Assembly (NCBI GenBank): GCA_965368905.1 | Contig: CBDUOS010000001.1 | Coordinates: forward strand, 1-63,649 | Direction: 5' to 3' | Source: an uncultured Bdellovibrionales bacterium | Lineage (GTDB): Bacteria > Bdellovibrionota > Bdellovibrionia > Bdellovibrionales > JAGQZY01 | Length of the DNA: 63,649 bases | Shown: positions 20,203 through 30,026 of the stretch, piece by piece | Numbering within the stretch: position 1 is the stretch's first letter | How the letters are laid out: every line of letters starts with the position of its first letter | The notes under the pieces: model-generated | Seen by the model: the letters and a program-made list of their open reading frames with translations, nothing else | What the model was told of the DNA's origin: nothing | Database searches by the model: none | Program-made: the position numbers and the translations under genes

Positions 20203-20834
20203 TTGGTCTTCTTTTGACTGGAAGAGCTAAAATACCCCTTCTCGGCCAAGGTCTCGCCGAGGAGATTGGAACCGGTTTTAGAGTATACATCCATCATTCT
20301 GAGGATGTTTTCCTCGTCCGTCATTTTCGCTTTTTGACTGATGAGTGCCAAAACATCCACTAAATTTAAAAATTGTTCTGAAAGGTCATGGAAAAGTTTT
20401 GCGAAAGTGTCTTCTCCCACATCTTGCGCAAGGCTACCAAAGGCCATCTTACCCATGTCCACATAGTAATCCACATCGATAATTTTTCTTTGAAACGAAT
20501 CGGAGAAAAAGCCGGAGATATAGAGCGACGTGTCTCCCACCTTTTTTAACTTTTCCGCGCGAATGCGGCCACCCAACTGATTGGCACTCATATACATTTC
20601 AGCCATGGTTTTACGTGTTTTTTTTCCAGCGGTATCTTCTTCATCAAAAAGATTCTCCACAATCAGATAGTGCTTCAAGACATCCACAACATAAGTTTGG
20701 ATATGAGGGTGCATTTCAATCCGGCGCTCTTTAAATGCATCACACACTACTGTTTGAAAGTAAGCATCGGAATCAAAAATCAATTGTGACGACATAAACT
20801 CATCCTCGCTGCGTATCAGTTCCTCGACTTTCAT
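20196..20834 (-). CDS. Hypothetical cytoplasmic protein, no recognisable domain
   Basis: Long ORF with ordinary protein-like composition. I prefer the ATG at 20834 (MKVEELIRSEDEF...). The track start at 20906 is a TTG with no SD. The start is uncertain. Confidence 0.5.
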   Translation of the reverse strand: MKVEELIRSEDEFMSSQLIFDSDAYFQTVVCDAFKERRIEMHPHIQTYVVDVLKHYLIVENLFDEEDTAGKKTRKTMAEMYMSANQLGGRIRAEKLKKVGDTSLYISGFFSDSFQRKIIDVDYYVDMGKMAFGSLAQDVGEDTFAKLFHDLSEQFLNLVDVLALISQKAKMTDEENILRMMDVYSKTGSNLLGETLAEKGYFSSSSQKKTKQ

Positions 20835-21002
20835 TATAACCGAGCCTAAAGTCTTTGTGAGGCTAAGTGGGTTCTTTTTAGCGTTTCGTCTAGAATACTG
20901 TCTCAAAATAAGTCAATAATTCTAGTGTTATAAGGGTCTATTATAGGTTTCATCGAGGAATGTAATAGACCCTGTTGACGAGCCCATGGTAATTACAACG
21001 CC

Positions 21003-22199
21003 ATGAAAAAATTTGGCGCTTACGTCCACATTCCATTCTGTATTCAACGCTGTCACTATTGTGATTTCGCCACCTTCGGAAAAGACCAGATTCAAGCCAA
21101 TGATGAATACATTGATGTTCTTTGTCGTGAAATTGAAATGCGACAAAATCTTTTTATTTCTGACTCACTGGACACTCTTTATTTTGGTGGCGGCACACCC
21201 AGCCTGCTGAGCCCCGAACAATTGAATCGAATTGTGAAAAGCTTTCAAAAAGCTGGAAAAAAAATCACAGATAAAACCGAAGTAACCATCGAAGTAAATC
21301 CTGCAACCTTGGATGCCGACAAATGCTTAGCACTCAAGGAGATTGGGTTTAACCGAGTGAGTATTGGCTGCCAAAGTTTTAATGACGATTTCCTCAAGGC
21401 CTGTAACCGCGAACACTCAGCGGATCAGACTCGCGAAACCATTGAGCTGGTGAATTCACAGTTTGATAACTTTAGTCTCGATCTTTTGTTTGCGCTGCCC
21501 CATCAAAGCCTAAGCCAGCTGGAAAACGATCTGATGGAAATCAAAAGTTTTCAACCCCCTCATGTGAGTGCCTATTGTCTCACCCTTCCGGAGCACCATC
21601 CAATGAACAAAGGACGTGGGAGTGAAGAAGAGCAAGTGGAAATGTTCGAAAGAGTCTTGCACAGTTTTTCTGAAGTTGGACTCACACGCTATGAGCTTTC
21701 AAACTTCTGCAAACCAGGCTTTGAGTCCCAACATAACAATCTGTATTGGACAGACCAGAATTTCTGGGGCGTTGGGTTGAGTGCCCACTCTTACAGAAAA
21801 TCTCCTAACTATGGCTACCGCTTCTGGAATACCAAAAGCTACGACACCTATTTTAAACAAATGAATCAACTCGATGTCTCCAGTTCGATAGAAAACAGCT
21901 TTCCTTCTGAACAGTGGGAAAAGTTGAAGTTTCACGAGTCTTTGACAGACTTTTGCCACACGGGTTTACGTCTGACGCAGGGGTTAGCTTTGCAGTCAGT
22001 GCGTCAAAAATTCGGTAATCTCGCCGCTCAGATGGTCGTTGAGAAACTACAGGGACCTATTGCCAGCGACCTCGTAGAACTTCGAAAGGACCGTTTAATC
22101 CTCACAGAAAAAGGCTTCCTTTTGAGCAATCGAGTCTTCGAAGCCCTCCTAATTCTGCCTGAGGACATTGACAGGCCGCAATCAAACCCCATATTTTGA
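21003..22199 (+). CDS. hemW: Radical-SAM heme chaperone HemW / oxygen-independent coproporphyrinogen oxidase-like protein
   Basis: 398 aa. It has the motifs YVHIPFCIQRCHYCDF (CxxxCxxC), LYFGGGTPSLL and a HemN_C-like C-terminus. Confidence 0.85.
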   Translation: MKKFGAYVHIPFCIQRCHYCDFATFGKDQIQANDEYIDVLCREIEMRQNLFISDSLDTLYFGGGTPSLLSPEQLNRIVKSFQKAGKKITDKTEVTIEVNPATLDADKCLALKEIGFNRVSIGCQSFNDDFLKACNREHSADQTRETIELVNSQFDNFSLDLLFALPHQSLSQLENDLMEIKSFQPPHVSAYCLTLPEHHPMNKGRGSEEEQVEMFERVLHSFSEVGLTRYELSNFCKPGFESQHNNLYWTDQNFWGVGLSAHSYRKSPNYGYRFWNTKSYDTYFKQMNQLDVSSSIENSFPSEQWEKLKFHESLTDFCHTGLRLTQGLALQSVRQKFGNLAAQMVVEKLQGPIASDLVELRKDRLILTEKGFLLSNRVFEALLILPEDIDRPQSNPIF

Positions 22200-22210
22200 G
22201 AGAATTGTAG

Positions 22211-22783
22211 GTGAAAAATATGGCTGATGAAGACAAAGAAAATACAGAAGATTTTGGACAGGCTCATAAAGAGAACATCGATGAGGTCGATAAAACTGAG
22301 CCCAATGGGGTTGAAGAAGCCACTAACGAAGATCTCTCGCTTGAGGATCGCTTCTCCCAGTTAGAAAAAGACCACCTCTATTTGCGTGCTGAAATGGAGA
22401 ATATAAAGCGGCAAAATTTCAAAGAACGCTCTCAGCTTTTGAAATATGGGGCTGAACGCTTAGCGCGAGATCTATTAGACACTCTAGACGTCTTTCGCTC
22501 TGCCTTAGCTGCGGACATCAACCAAGACAACTACCAAGAATTCGTCAATGGCGTTAAAATGACCGAACAGACTTTAAAAACCAACCTGGAAAAACACGGA
22601 ATCATCGAGGTGGACTGTGTTGGTCAACCATTTGACCCCAATACTCAAGAAGCTTTGAGTAGCGAAGCCTCCGATGAGTATCCTGAAGGCCACGTGACCC
22701 AGGTGTTCAAACCCCCTTATCGCTACCACGATAAATTGCTCCGACCTGGACAAGTGATTGTCAGTCGAAAGAAAACTGAATAA
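22211..22783 (+). CDS. grpE: Nucleotide exchange factor GrpE
   Basis: 190 aa with an acidic N-terminus and the GrpE core LRAEMENIKRQ...DLLDTLDVFRSAL...FDPNTQEALS. The track start is the GTG at 22211. The ATG at 22220 (MADEDKEN) is an equally plausible start. Confidence 0.88.
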   Translation: MKNMADEDKENTEDFGQAHKENIDEVDKTEPNGVEEATNEDLSLEDRFSQLEKDHLYLRAEMENIKRQNFKERSQLLKYGAERLARDLLDTLDVFRSALAADINQDNYQEFVNGVKMTEQTLKTNLEKHGIIEVDCVGQPFDPNTQEALSSEASDEYPEGHVTQVFKPPYRYHDKLLRPGQVIVSRKKTE

Positions 22784-22795
22784 CATAAAGCCACT

Positions 22796-23668
22796 TTGGC
22801 TCGTAAAGACTATTACAAAATTCTAAATGTGGACCCGAAGGCCAACTTGAAAGAAATCAAGTCAGCCTATCGCCAGCTGGCCTTGAAATACCACCCTGAC
22901 CACAATCCAGATAACCCAGATGCCATCAGCATGTTCTCTGAAATCAAGGAAGCATACGAAACTTTAACCACAACAGAACTTAAGAAAAATTACGACTCTA
23001 CCTATCGACCCACCCCTAGACCACAACCAAGAGCCGAGCCCCAACCACAACCAAATGGGACAAAAGCCGGCCAGGGAGGCGGTAAAGGTAAAAACCTTCG
23101 TTACAATTTGTTCATTACTCTCGAAGATGTAGTCAGAGGATGCGACCGTACCATTCGGTATATTCGGACCAATAATAATGAAAAAGAAACTGTTCAAATA
23201 AAAGTTCGGGTTCCAAAGGGGGCCTTCCAAAACCAACGATTGAAGTTGGGAGGGTACGGAGACATTTCAAAAGATGGGGCAGGGGACCTGTTTGTCATTG
23301 TCCACATTCAAAACCATCCTATGTTTATTCGTAATGAACTTAATCTTCGAGTGAATGTTCCAATCACATATGCAGATGCGGCCTTAGGCTCTACAATCGA
23401 TGTCCCTTCACTGAATGGTATACGCAAACTGAAGCTGAAAGTCTGTGAGTTTGATGATCTCCAGCATGTTCTGCGCGGCTTTGGTCTGCCTGACCCTAAA
23501 GGAAACTTCAAAGGTGACCTTATTGTTCACTGTTTTATCGAACATCCTAAACGGTTGAGCACTCAAGAGCGAGCCAACCTAGAAAGAAGCCTCAAAACTT
23601 GGCCTCAGGGCGAAATGATGCAACAATACCAGGTCTACTTACGGGAACTAAAAGGGAGCAAAAAATGA
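22796..23668 (+). CDS. Class II J-domain co-chaperone, CbpA-like (no Zn-finger domain)
   Basis: J domain KDYYKILNV...YRQLALKYHPDHNPDN (HPD motif), then a P/Q-rich linker and DnaJ C-terminal beta domains. There are no CxxCxGxG repeats. The start is a TTG. Confidence 0.85.
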   Translation: MARKDYYKILNVDPKANLKEIKSAYRQLALKYHPDHNPDNPDAISMFSEIKEAYETLTTTELKKNYDSTYRPTPRPQPRAEPQPQPNGTKAGQGGGKGKNLRYNLFITLEDVVRGCDRTIRYIRTNNNEKETVQIKVRVPKGAFQNQRLKLGGYGDISKDGAGDLFVIVHIQNHPMFIRNELNLRVNVPITYADAALGSTIDVPSLNGIRKLKLKVCEFDDLQHVLRGFGLPDPKGNFKGDLIVHCFIEHPKRLSTQERANLERSLKTWPQGEMMQQYQVYLRELKGSKK

Positions 23669-25623
23669 GATCTCTGATTCTTTTTTCCACATTATTTTTC
23701 ATGATTTCTTGCTCCACATTCAGTCGCAAAGAAAAACTCAACCAGGCTCCAGAGCCCGTTAAAGTTCAGCTAAACAAAGCCACCCAAGAGTTTCAGCAGA
23801 AAAAATACAGCCAAGCTGTTAAAACACTGAATGGCATTTTAAAATTTCATCGCAGCACAGAGACTGGTGATGATGCGCTTTTCTTATTAGCTAAGACTTA
23901 CTCTCGTATGGAGAATTGGGAAAAATCGCTGAATGCTTACAAGGCGCTTTATGATTCTCAATACTATTCTAGCCGAGAGTCACAGGCTCGAGTAGCGGCA
24001 GCTAAAATTTTCACCTACAAAATTGGTGATTATAAACAGGCTCTCTATTTGGTCGAAAAATCTCTGGATACACGATTAGACCGGGAACAGAAGGGAGACC
24101 TTTTGGAAGTTCGCTTCACTTGTCTGATGCGAACAGGATCACAGTTAGAAGCCTTCGAAACCCTAGTCCAGCTTTCAGAACAACACCCCAATGCTTCAAA
24201 AAGAGAGGGGTTTAAAAGAAAAGCAAAAGCCTTCTTGGATTCTCGCTTAACTGGTCCAGATCTAAAGGACTTCGCCAATGACAGTCGAGAATCTGATTTA
24301 AAAGTCGATGCCATGTACCGCTACGGTGTCCATTTGATGGGGGAAGGTAAATATGGTGAGGCACGCTCTTACTTTGAGAGCGTCATCTCAATGCGACCCA
24401 AAAGTTATGTCAGCACCCAAGCCGCTCAACTTCTCGAACAGCTCTCTGCAAGAGGAAAAGTTAATCAACGAACCATTGGTGTCGTATTACCATTGAGTGG
24501 TCGCTACTCTAGTATTGGCTACCAAGCCTTGTGGGGGTTGCAATTGGCCCTTGGAATCAAGGGCGGTCAGAACACGGAGAACGTGCGCTTAGCTGTGATC
24601 GATAGTCGAGGAAATGCAGAAGAAGCACGCAAGGCGGTGAAGCGCTTAATTGAAGAGGATCATTCCATTGCAATTATCGGCGGGCTGCTCGGTAAAACTG
24701 CCTATTCTGCAGCCATTCAATCACAAGACCTGGGTGTACCTTTTCTCGCTCTATCACAAAAAGAGGGTTTGACCGATATTGGTCCATTTATTTTTCGAAA
24801 CGCTCTCACCATCGATTCTCAGTTGGATCAATTGATTGATACGGCAATGGCGAAAATGAAGTTTAAGAAGTTTGCCATTCTTTATCCCAATGATCCCTAT
24901 GGTGTGAAAATCAGCAATCTTTTTTGGAAGAAGGTACAAGAAAAGGGTGGCCAGATTTCAGGTGCCCAGTCTTATTTGCCTGGCGAAACCGACTTTAATG
25001 AACATATTCAAAAACTGGTTGGTACTTTCTACATTGCCGATCGACAAAAAGAATACTCCAAACGTTTGAAAGAATGGTACGAAAAACAACCCAAAGGATC
25101 TCGACGACGCAAGAAACCCCCTGTCGGCTTACTTCCCCCAATTGTAGATTTCGAAGCTGTTTTTATTCCGGATGGACCAAAAGCGATCGGGCAGATCGCC
25201 CCAATGCTCGCTTATAACGATGTAAACAATGTCTACCTCATTGGCACCAATATATGGAATTCCAATGAGTTTTTACGGCGCGGACAAAATTTTGTTGGAA
25301 AGTCAATTTTTACAGATGGTTTCTATGGAAAAGACGAAAGATTTTTAAGCTCCCGCTTTTACCATAATTACACAGAAACTTTTAACAAAGCCCCTTCTAC
25401 TTTTGCGTTGTTAGGTTATGACTCTGGTCTAGTCCTACGATCTGTTTTATCCCAGGGAGTGGAAAATCGATTGGATTTCGCAAAGGTTATCCAGCAAAAC
25501 AAAGGAGTTCCTGGAGCTCTTAATACTCTTGTTCTTAATAATAAGAAGGAATTCGTACGACCCGTCGTCACATTGACCGTAAAAGAGGGTGAGATTGTGC
25601 CGTTCACAACCGAGGAACTCTAA
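23665..25623 (+). CDS. Lipoprotein with an N-terminal TPR-like domain and a type-1 periplasmic-binding-protein fold (LpoA-like / Leu-Ile-Val-binding-like)
   Basis: I place the start at MRSLILFSTLFFMISCSTF, which has a lipobox, giving an ATGA overlap with the J-protein stop. The N-terminal half is helical-repeat. The C-terminal half (IGVVLPLSGRYSSIGYQALWG...AIIGGL...) follows the Peripla_BP_6-like pattern. This two-domain layout is the one known for the PBP1A activator LpoA. Confidence 0.65.
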   Translation: MRSLILFSTLFFMISCSTFSRKEKLNQAPEPVKVQLNKATQEFQQKKYSQAVKTLNGILKFHRSTETGDDALFLLAKTYSRMENWEKSLNAYKALYDSQYYSSRESQARVAAAKIFTYKIGDYKQALYLVEKSLDTRLDREQKGDLLEVRFTCLMRTGSQLEAFETLVQLSEQHPNASKREGFKRKAKAFLDSRLTGPDLKDFANDSRESDLKVDAMYRYGVHLMGEGKYGEARSYFESVISMRPKSYVSTQAAQLLEQLSARGKVNQRTIGVVLPLSGRYSSIGYQALWGLQLALGIKGGQNTENVRLAVIDSRGNAEEARKAVKRLIEEDHSIAIIGGLLGKTAYSAAIQSQDLGVPFLALSQKEGLTDIGPFIFRNALTIDSQLDQLIDTAMAKMKFKKFAILYPNDPYGVKISNLFWKKVQEKGGQISGAQSYLPGETDFNEHIQKLVGTFYIADRQKEYSKRLKEWYEKQPKGSRRRKKPPVGLLPPIVDFEAVFIPDGPKAIGQIAPMLAYNDVNNVYLIGTNIWNSNEFLRRGQNFVGKSIFTDGFYGKDERFLSSRFYHNYTETFNKAPSTFALLGYDSGLVLRSVLSQGVENRLDFAKVIQQNKGVPGALNTLVLNNKKEFVRPVVTLTVKEGEIVPFTTEEL

Positions 25624-25893
25624 CCTTTGTCCATAGACTTTTGACCCCACGCCCTGTTCTCCAGTACAGGAGCGGGTTTTAAAACTGTCTCTAGACGAAA
25701 CACCATAAATAGAATTTATTTAAACCATTAAAACTCATACTGCAGGTAACCACGCGTTTTCTTTACCAAAGCCTCAAACTGCCTTTATAAGCTCGGAATC
25801 TCGACCTTTTTGGGACCTTTGAAACCTAAATAATATTTTCTATCTTCCGAAAAAATAACTAAGGCAACAGTGAATTTCTGATGGAGGCCGTGA

Positions 25894-28293
25894 ATGGACG
25901 AAAAAAGCCTACAAATACCTGACCAAATACCCATGCTCCCTGTAAGGGACATAGTTATTTTTCCTTACATGATCATTCCACTTTTTGTGGGGCGTGAATC
26001 ATCGATTCAAGCTGTAGAAGATAGCTTGGCAAAAAATCGATTAATCTTCTTAGCATCCCAAATGGACCTGACCGAAGAGTCGCCAACTGAAGAGAGCATC
26101 TACCGGGTGGGTACTGTTGCCATGATCATCCGCATGCGCAAACTTGCAGATGGCCGCGTAAAGATCTTGATTCAGGGAATGGCAAAAGCCAAGATCTCCA
26201 AGTTTCATCAAAACCAACCATTCTTCAATGTGTCTGTAGATAAGATTGAAGAAAAATATGAAGAGTCTGAAGAAATCAAATTGAAAGCAGAAGTTTTGAT
26301 TAGAACAGCCAAAGAGCAACTTGAAAAGGTCATCGCTCTTGGAAAAATTCTTTCTCCTGACATTTTATTAGTATTAGATGATATTACTGAACCTGGGCGA
26401 GTGGCTGATTTGATTGCTTCCAACTTAGGTTTAAAGGTGGAAGATGCACAAAAGATCCTCGAAACAGGAGATCATCTCGATAGACTTCGTTTTGTGAACG
26501 AAATCTTAACAGCAGAAGTTGAAGTTCTTCAGATGCAAGCCAAAATTCGCACCACAGCCAAAGATGAAATGTCGAAAAGTCAACGTGAGTACTTTTTGCG
26601 CGAGCAAATGAAAGCTATAAAGTCTGAGCTGGGTGAAGGGGATTCTAAAAACGATGAAATGGATGAGCTACGACAAAAATTAATGTCTGCAGGCATGCCT
26701 GACGAAGTCGAAAAGGAAGTAATGAAACAATTGGGTCGTTTAGAAAGAATGCACCCAGATGCTTCAGAAGCCTCAATGATTCGCACATACCTAGACTGGA
26801 TGGGCGACCTTCCTTGGAATAAAGAAACTATTGATAGCATTGATATTCTAAAAGCTAAGGAAATTTTGGAAGCCGACCATCATGGTCTTGAAAAAGCCAA
26901 AGAAAGAATTTTGGAATTTTTAGCTGTTAAAAAGCTTAAAGATGAAATGAAGGGCCCTATTCTTTGTTTCTGTGGACCTCCAGGAGTCGGTAAAACCTCT
27001 CTTGGTAAGAGTATCGCCAAATCCATGAATCGAAAATACTTCCGTATTGCTTTAGGTGGAGTTAAAGACGAGGCAGAAATTCGTGGGCACAGAAGAACTT
27101 ATGTTGGAGCTATGCCTGGTAAGATTGTTCAGGCCTTGAAGCAGATCGAAACCAACAACCCAGTGATCGTGCTCGATGAGATAGACAAATTGGGAAGTGA
27201 TTTTCGCGGTGATCCTTCGGCTGCCATGCTTGAAGTCCTTGATCCCGAGCAAAACTCAGCTTTTCGCGACAATTACTTAAATGTAGACTTTGATCTTTCG
27301 AAAGCCTTGTTCATTGCAACGGCCAACGTGGTTGAAAACATCCCAGCTGCCCTGCGTGATCGAATGGAACTTATTCCAATTACTGGTTACACCCAGGCTG
27401 AAAAAGTAGAAATCACTAAGAAACATTTGATTCGTAAACAGATCGATAACAATGGAATCGCTCCTGAAAAAATTGAATTTAAAGAAGAAGGTGTTAACTT
27501 CTTAATTGCCCACTACACACGTGAAGCTGGTGTTCGAAATCTTGAACGGGAGATCGGATCGCTTTGCCGAAAAGTGGCTAAAGAAGTCGTGATGGGAGCT
27601 ACAAAAAATTTCACTATTGATGCTGAACAAGTAATAAGTTTTCTCGGTGCTCCAAGATTCTTAAAAGAAGATAAATTAACAGAAGACACCGTCGGTGTAG
27701 CCACAGGTTTGGCATGGACCCAAGCCGGTGGAGAAGTACTTTATGTCGAAGCATTAAATATGAAAGGAAAAGGGGGATTCACTCTGACCGGTCAAATGGG
27801 AGACGTCATGAAGGAGTCGGCGACAGCCTCGATTTCATATGCTCGCGCTCATTTTGATGAACTTGGAATTGAACCCAAGTGGTTTGAAGAGAATCACATC
27901 CACATTCATATGCCTGCTGGCGGGATTCCCAAAGATGGGCCCTCAGCTGGAATCACCATGACCACTGCCATTGTAAGTATCATTACTAACAATCCTGTGC
28001 GCAAAGATGTCGCGATGACTGGTGAAGTAACCCTTACAGGACGCGTGCTTCCAATCGGTGGTATTAAAGAAAAAGCTTTGGCAGCTTTAAGTCACGACAT
28101 CAACACCGTGATTTGCCCACTTGCCAATAAAAAAGACGTCGATGAAATTGCAGAAGAGATTCGCGACAAAATCAACTTTATCTTTGTTGAGCATTTGGAC
28201 GAAGTTTTGCAAATCGCATTGAAGTCTAAAGTGAAAAGCGCGAAGAAAAAAAGTAGCTCAAGCAAAGACAAAACCACCATGCCTGCTGCCTAA
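25894..28293 (+). CDS. lon: ATP-dependent Lon protease
   Basis: 799 aa with a LON N-domain, the AAA+ Walker [10 protein letters not shown], Walker [10 protein letters not shown], and the protease motif with catalytic Ser in [11 protein letters not shown]. Confidence 0.95.
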   Translation: MDEKSLQIPDQIPMLPVRDIVIFPYMIIPLFVGRESSIQAVEDSLAKNRLIFLASQMDLTEESPTEESIYRVGTVAMIIRMRKLADGRVKILIQGMAKAKISKFHQNQPFFNVSVDKIEEKYEESEEIKLKAEVLIRTAKEQLEKVIALGKILSPDILLVLDDITEPGRVADLIASNLGLKVEDAQKILETGDHLDRLRFVNEILTAEVEVLQMQAKIRTTAKDEMSKSQREYFLREQMKAIKSELGEGDSKNDEMDELRQKLMSAGMPDEVEKEVMKQLGRLERMHPDASEASMIRTYLDWMGDLPWNKETIDSIDILKAKEILEADHHGLEKAKERILEFLAVKKLKDEMKGPILCFCGPPGVGKTSLGKSIAKSMNRKYFRIALGGVKDEAEIRGHRRTYVGAMPGKIVQALKQIETNNPVIVLDEIDKLGSDFRGDPSAAMLEVLDPEQNSAFRDNYLNVDFDLSKALFIATANVVENIPAALRDRMELIPITGYTQAEKVEITKKHLIRKQIDNNGIAPEKIEFKEEGVNFLIAHYTREAGVRNLEREIGSLCRKVAKEVVMGATKNFTIDAEQVISFLGAPRFLKEDKLTEDTVGVATGLAWTQAGGEVLYVEALNMKGKGGFTLTGQMGDVMKESATASISYARAHFDELGIEPKWFEENHIHIHMPAGGIPKDGPSAGITMTTAIVSIITNNPVRKDVAMTGEVTLTGRVLPIGGIKEKALAALSHDINTVICPLANKKDVDEIAEEIRDKINFIFVEHLDEVLQIALKSKVKSAKKKSSSSKDKTTMPAA

Positions 28294-28309
28294 GTGTCAT
28301 TATTTCTAC

Positions 28310-28341
28310 AACCGTTTAAATTTTAGAGAGTTTAAACGGTT
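28310..28341 (+). terminator. Hairpin downstream of lon, a possible terminator
   Basis: Perfect 11-bp stem AACCGTTTAAA / TTTAAACGGTT with a 10-nt loop. The T-run lies about 15 nt downstream, so this is not a textbook terminator. Confidence 0.45.
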
Positions 28342-28438
28342 ATTAACACTCACTTTTTTCAAAACCCAAATGAATCCCATTTGAAGACAGTTTTTCTGGC
28401 CCCTTCCTTGCAATTCAATAAGCTAGGAAGGATATAAG

Positions 28439-29266
28439 ATGGCCCGATTTTTCATGATATTTTTGTTTCTTTACACCCATGACAGCTTTGCCTTAAATCG
28501 CTGCCCTGAAACTTCAACGAGCAATCACTTGGTCGTCACTCTTGAAGGGCTTGGTGGAGAACTTCTTGGTTCACCGGCATACCGTCTTGCCAATCGAGCT
28601 AACACCAATGGTTATCAGATTGCGCGCTACTCCCACCGACACTCCTCCAGTACAATCGCTGCCTGCGTTCGGCGCTGGCTTTCAAGCACTGGTGGCGGAA
28701 ATGTCTCTATTGTTGGTCACAGCTTAGGAGGCGGTGCTGCCAATCAATTGGCCGCAACTCTTGCCAGCCAAGGCGTAAACGTCCGTGACATGATTGTCTT
28801 CGATGGTCGAGAAGGCAGTGAGATTCGTTGCGGCGGCAATGGTGGGCCAACTTATAATAAACCCGAAAATGTCGACAATGTTTTTAACTTTTATCAATGT
28901 GGAGGACTTCCTGGTCGAACCTATGCGGCGGGCTCCGGAGTTCATAACATGAGATTAAACTCTTCCCATATTGCCTTACCCAGTACAGACGCAGCAAATA
29001 ACCTCGCTGGTCGACGTTTAAATGCTGGGGTCGTCACTCACAGGCAGGAATCGTTAGTTGCGGCGACTGAATCACTGGTCTTTCGTCCTGCTCTTTCAGA
29101 ATTGGGTGTAGCCCTCAATGACGAGGGACGAGGTCGAGCCAGAGTGGGAAATAGTTGGGACAACCACCCCAAAGCGGAACAACCAGCGATTTGCTTTAAT
29201 CATGGTGTTCGCTACGAATGCACGTACGCAGAAGCTTCACGTAATAGCTATGACTCCGCGAGATAA
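28439..29266 (+). CDS. Secreted alpha/beta-hydrolase, lipase/esterase-like
   Basis: 275 aa with a signal-like N-terminus (MARFFMIFLFLYTHDSFA) and the nucleophile elbow VGHSLGGGAANQ (GxSxG). Sampled stretches of the gene are about 50% GC, against about 40% in flanking genes. Confidence 0.6.
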   Translation: MARFFMIFLFLYTHDSFALNRCPETSTSNHLVVTLEGLGGELLGSPAYRLANRANTNGYQIARYSHRHSSSTIAACVRRWLSSTGGGNVSIVGHSLGGGAANQLAATLASQGVNVRDMIVFDGREGSEIRCGGNGGPTYNKPENVDNVFNFYQCGGLPGRTYAAGSGVHNMRLNSSHIALPSTDAANNLAGRRLNAGVVTHRQESLVAATESLVFRPALSELGVALNDEGRGRARVGNSWDNHPKAEQPAICFNHGVRYECTYAEASRNSYDSAR

Positions 29267-29403
29267 GTAAAATTTGAATTTTGTTTTAACGACAGCGTTT
29301 TGCAAAAGCTGAACGTGAATTCATTCACGTTGTCGGCTTCGTGATCAGGTGCTCTTTACCCAGACCCCATGGATCCCTTAGGGTTCCTGATTACGGAGTT
29401 TTC

Positions 29404-29817
29404 TTATTGGCTCTGGTTTCTACCAGATAATTTCTCGTTCTCTCTCTCTAAATACATCACCAAAGTCTTAAGATCAGAGATCTGCTGTTTGAGCTGGATT
29501 ATTTGATCCTCTTTACTCTGCAAACTTTGCATATAGGCTTTCTTCAACTCATCCAATAATGTCTTGGCGGTGTTGAAAGTGGTACCCTCCGCAGGTGAGC
29601 CAAACATTTCGGGCGCTTTAGTATTTGGGACGGGCGTGAAAGTTTGGCTATTTTGGGGAGGCAACTCTTGCCTAGGCAAAAAGTATTTGCCATGAATCAG
29701 TTTGTATTTGATTTTCTTACCTTTAATTCTGCGTCTTAGGGTGGATACGCTAACGCCGTACTCACTCGAATACTCAGCTAAAGACAACCAATCATTTTCT
29801 ACATCTACAGCACTCAT
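29404..29817 (-). CDS. HTH (MerR/excisionase-like) DNA-binding protein with a C-terminal coiled coil
   Basis: 137 aa. WLSLAEYSSEYGVSVSTLRRRIKGKKIKY is HTH_17-like. The C-terminus has heptad-like repeats (LQSKEDQIIQLKQQISDLKTLVMYLERENEKL). Confidence 0.55.
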   Translation of the reverse strand: MSAVDVENDWLSLAEYSSEYGVSVSTLRRRIKGKKIKYKLIHGKYFLPRQELPPQNSQTFTPVPNTKAPEMFGSPAEGTTFNTAKTLLDELKKAYMQSLQSKEDQIIQLKQQISDLKTLVMYLERENEKLSGRNQSQ

Positions 29818-30026
29818 GACTATTCAACACTAGCATATCCAAAAACCAAGACAATGGATAAATTGATATTCACGGCTTTGGGCTTGCTTTTCACCAGGTA
29901 GTCACTTGGTCATCCATGGTCACTAGCGACTAAGTTATTGATTTCACTAAAATGCTGGGGTTAGGGGTTGGCAAAGTCTGTTTTGGGCGAGTACACTCTA
30001 ATCTTAGTACAAATGGACAGTTAGGC

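Noticed and set aside
20108-20290. A 60-aa ORF spanning the 32-bp inverted repeat.
   Set aside because: The reading frame is an artefact of the palindrome, which is translated from both arms, and it overlaps the 3' end of the real upstream gene.
22100-22220. I looked for a CIRCE (TTAGCACTC-N9-GAGTGCTAA) operator or an hrcA gene upstream of grpE.
   Set aside because: No such inverted repeat is present, and the hemW stop lies only about 10-20 nt from the grpE start.
25817-25846. A possible sigma-32-type heat-shock promoter upstream of lon (CTTTGAAA-N15-CTATCTT).
   Set aside because: The match to CTTGAAA / CCCCATNT is only loose: there is one inserted base in the -35 element and a weak -10. 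This cannot be supported from sequence alone.
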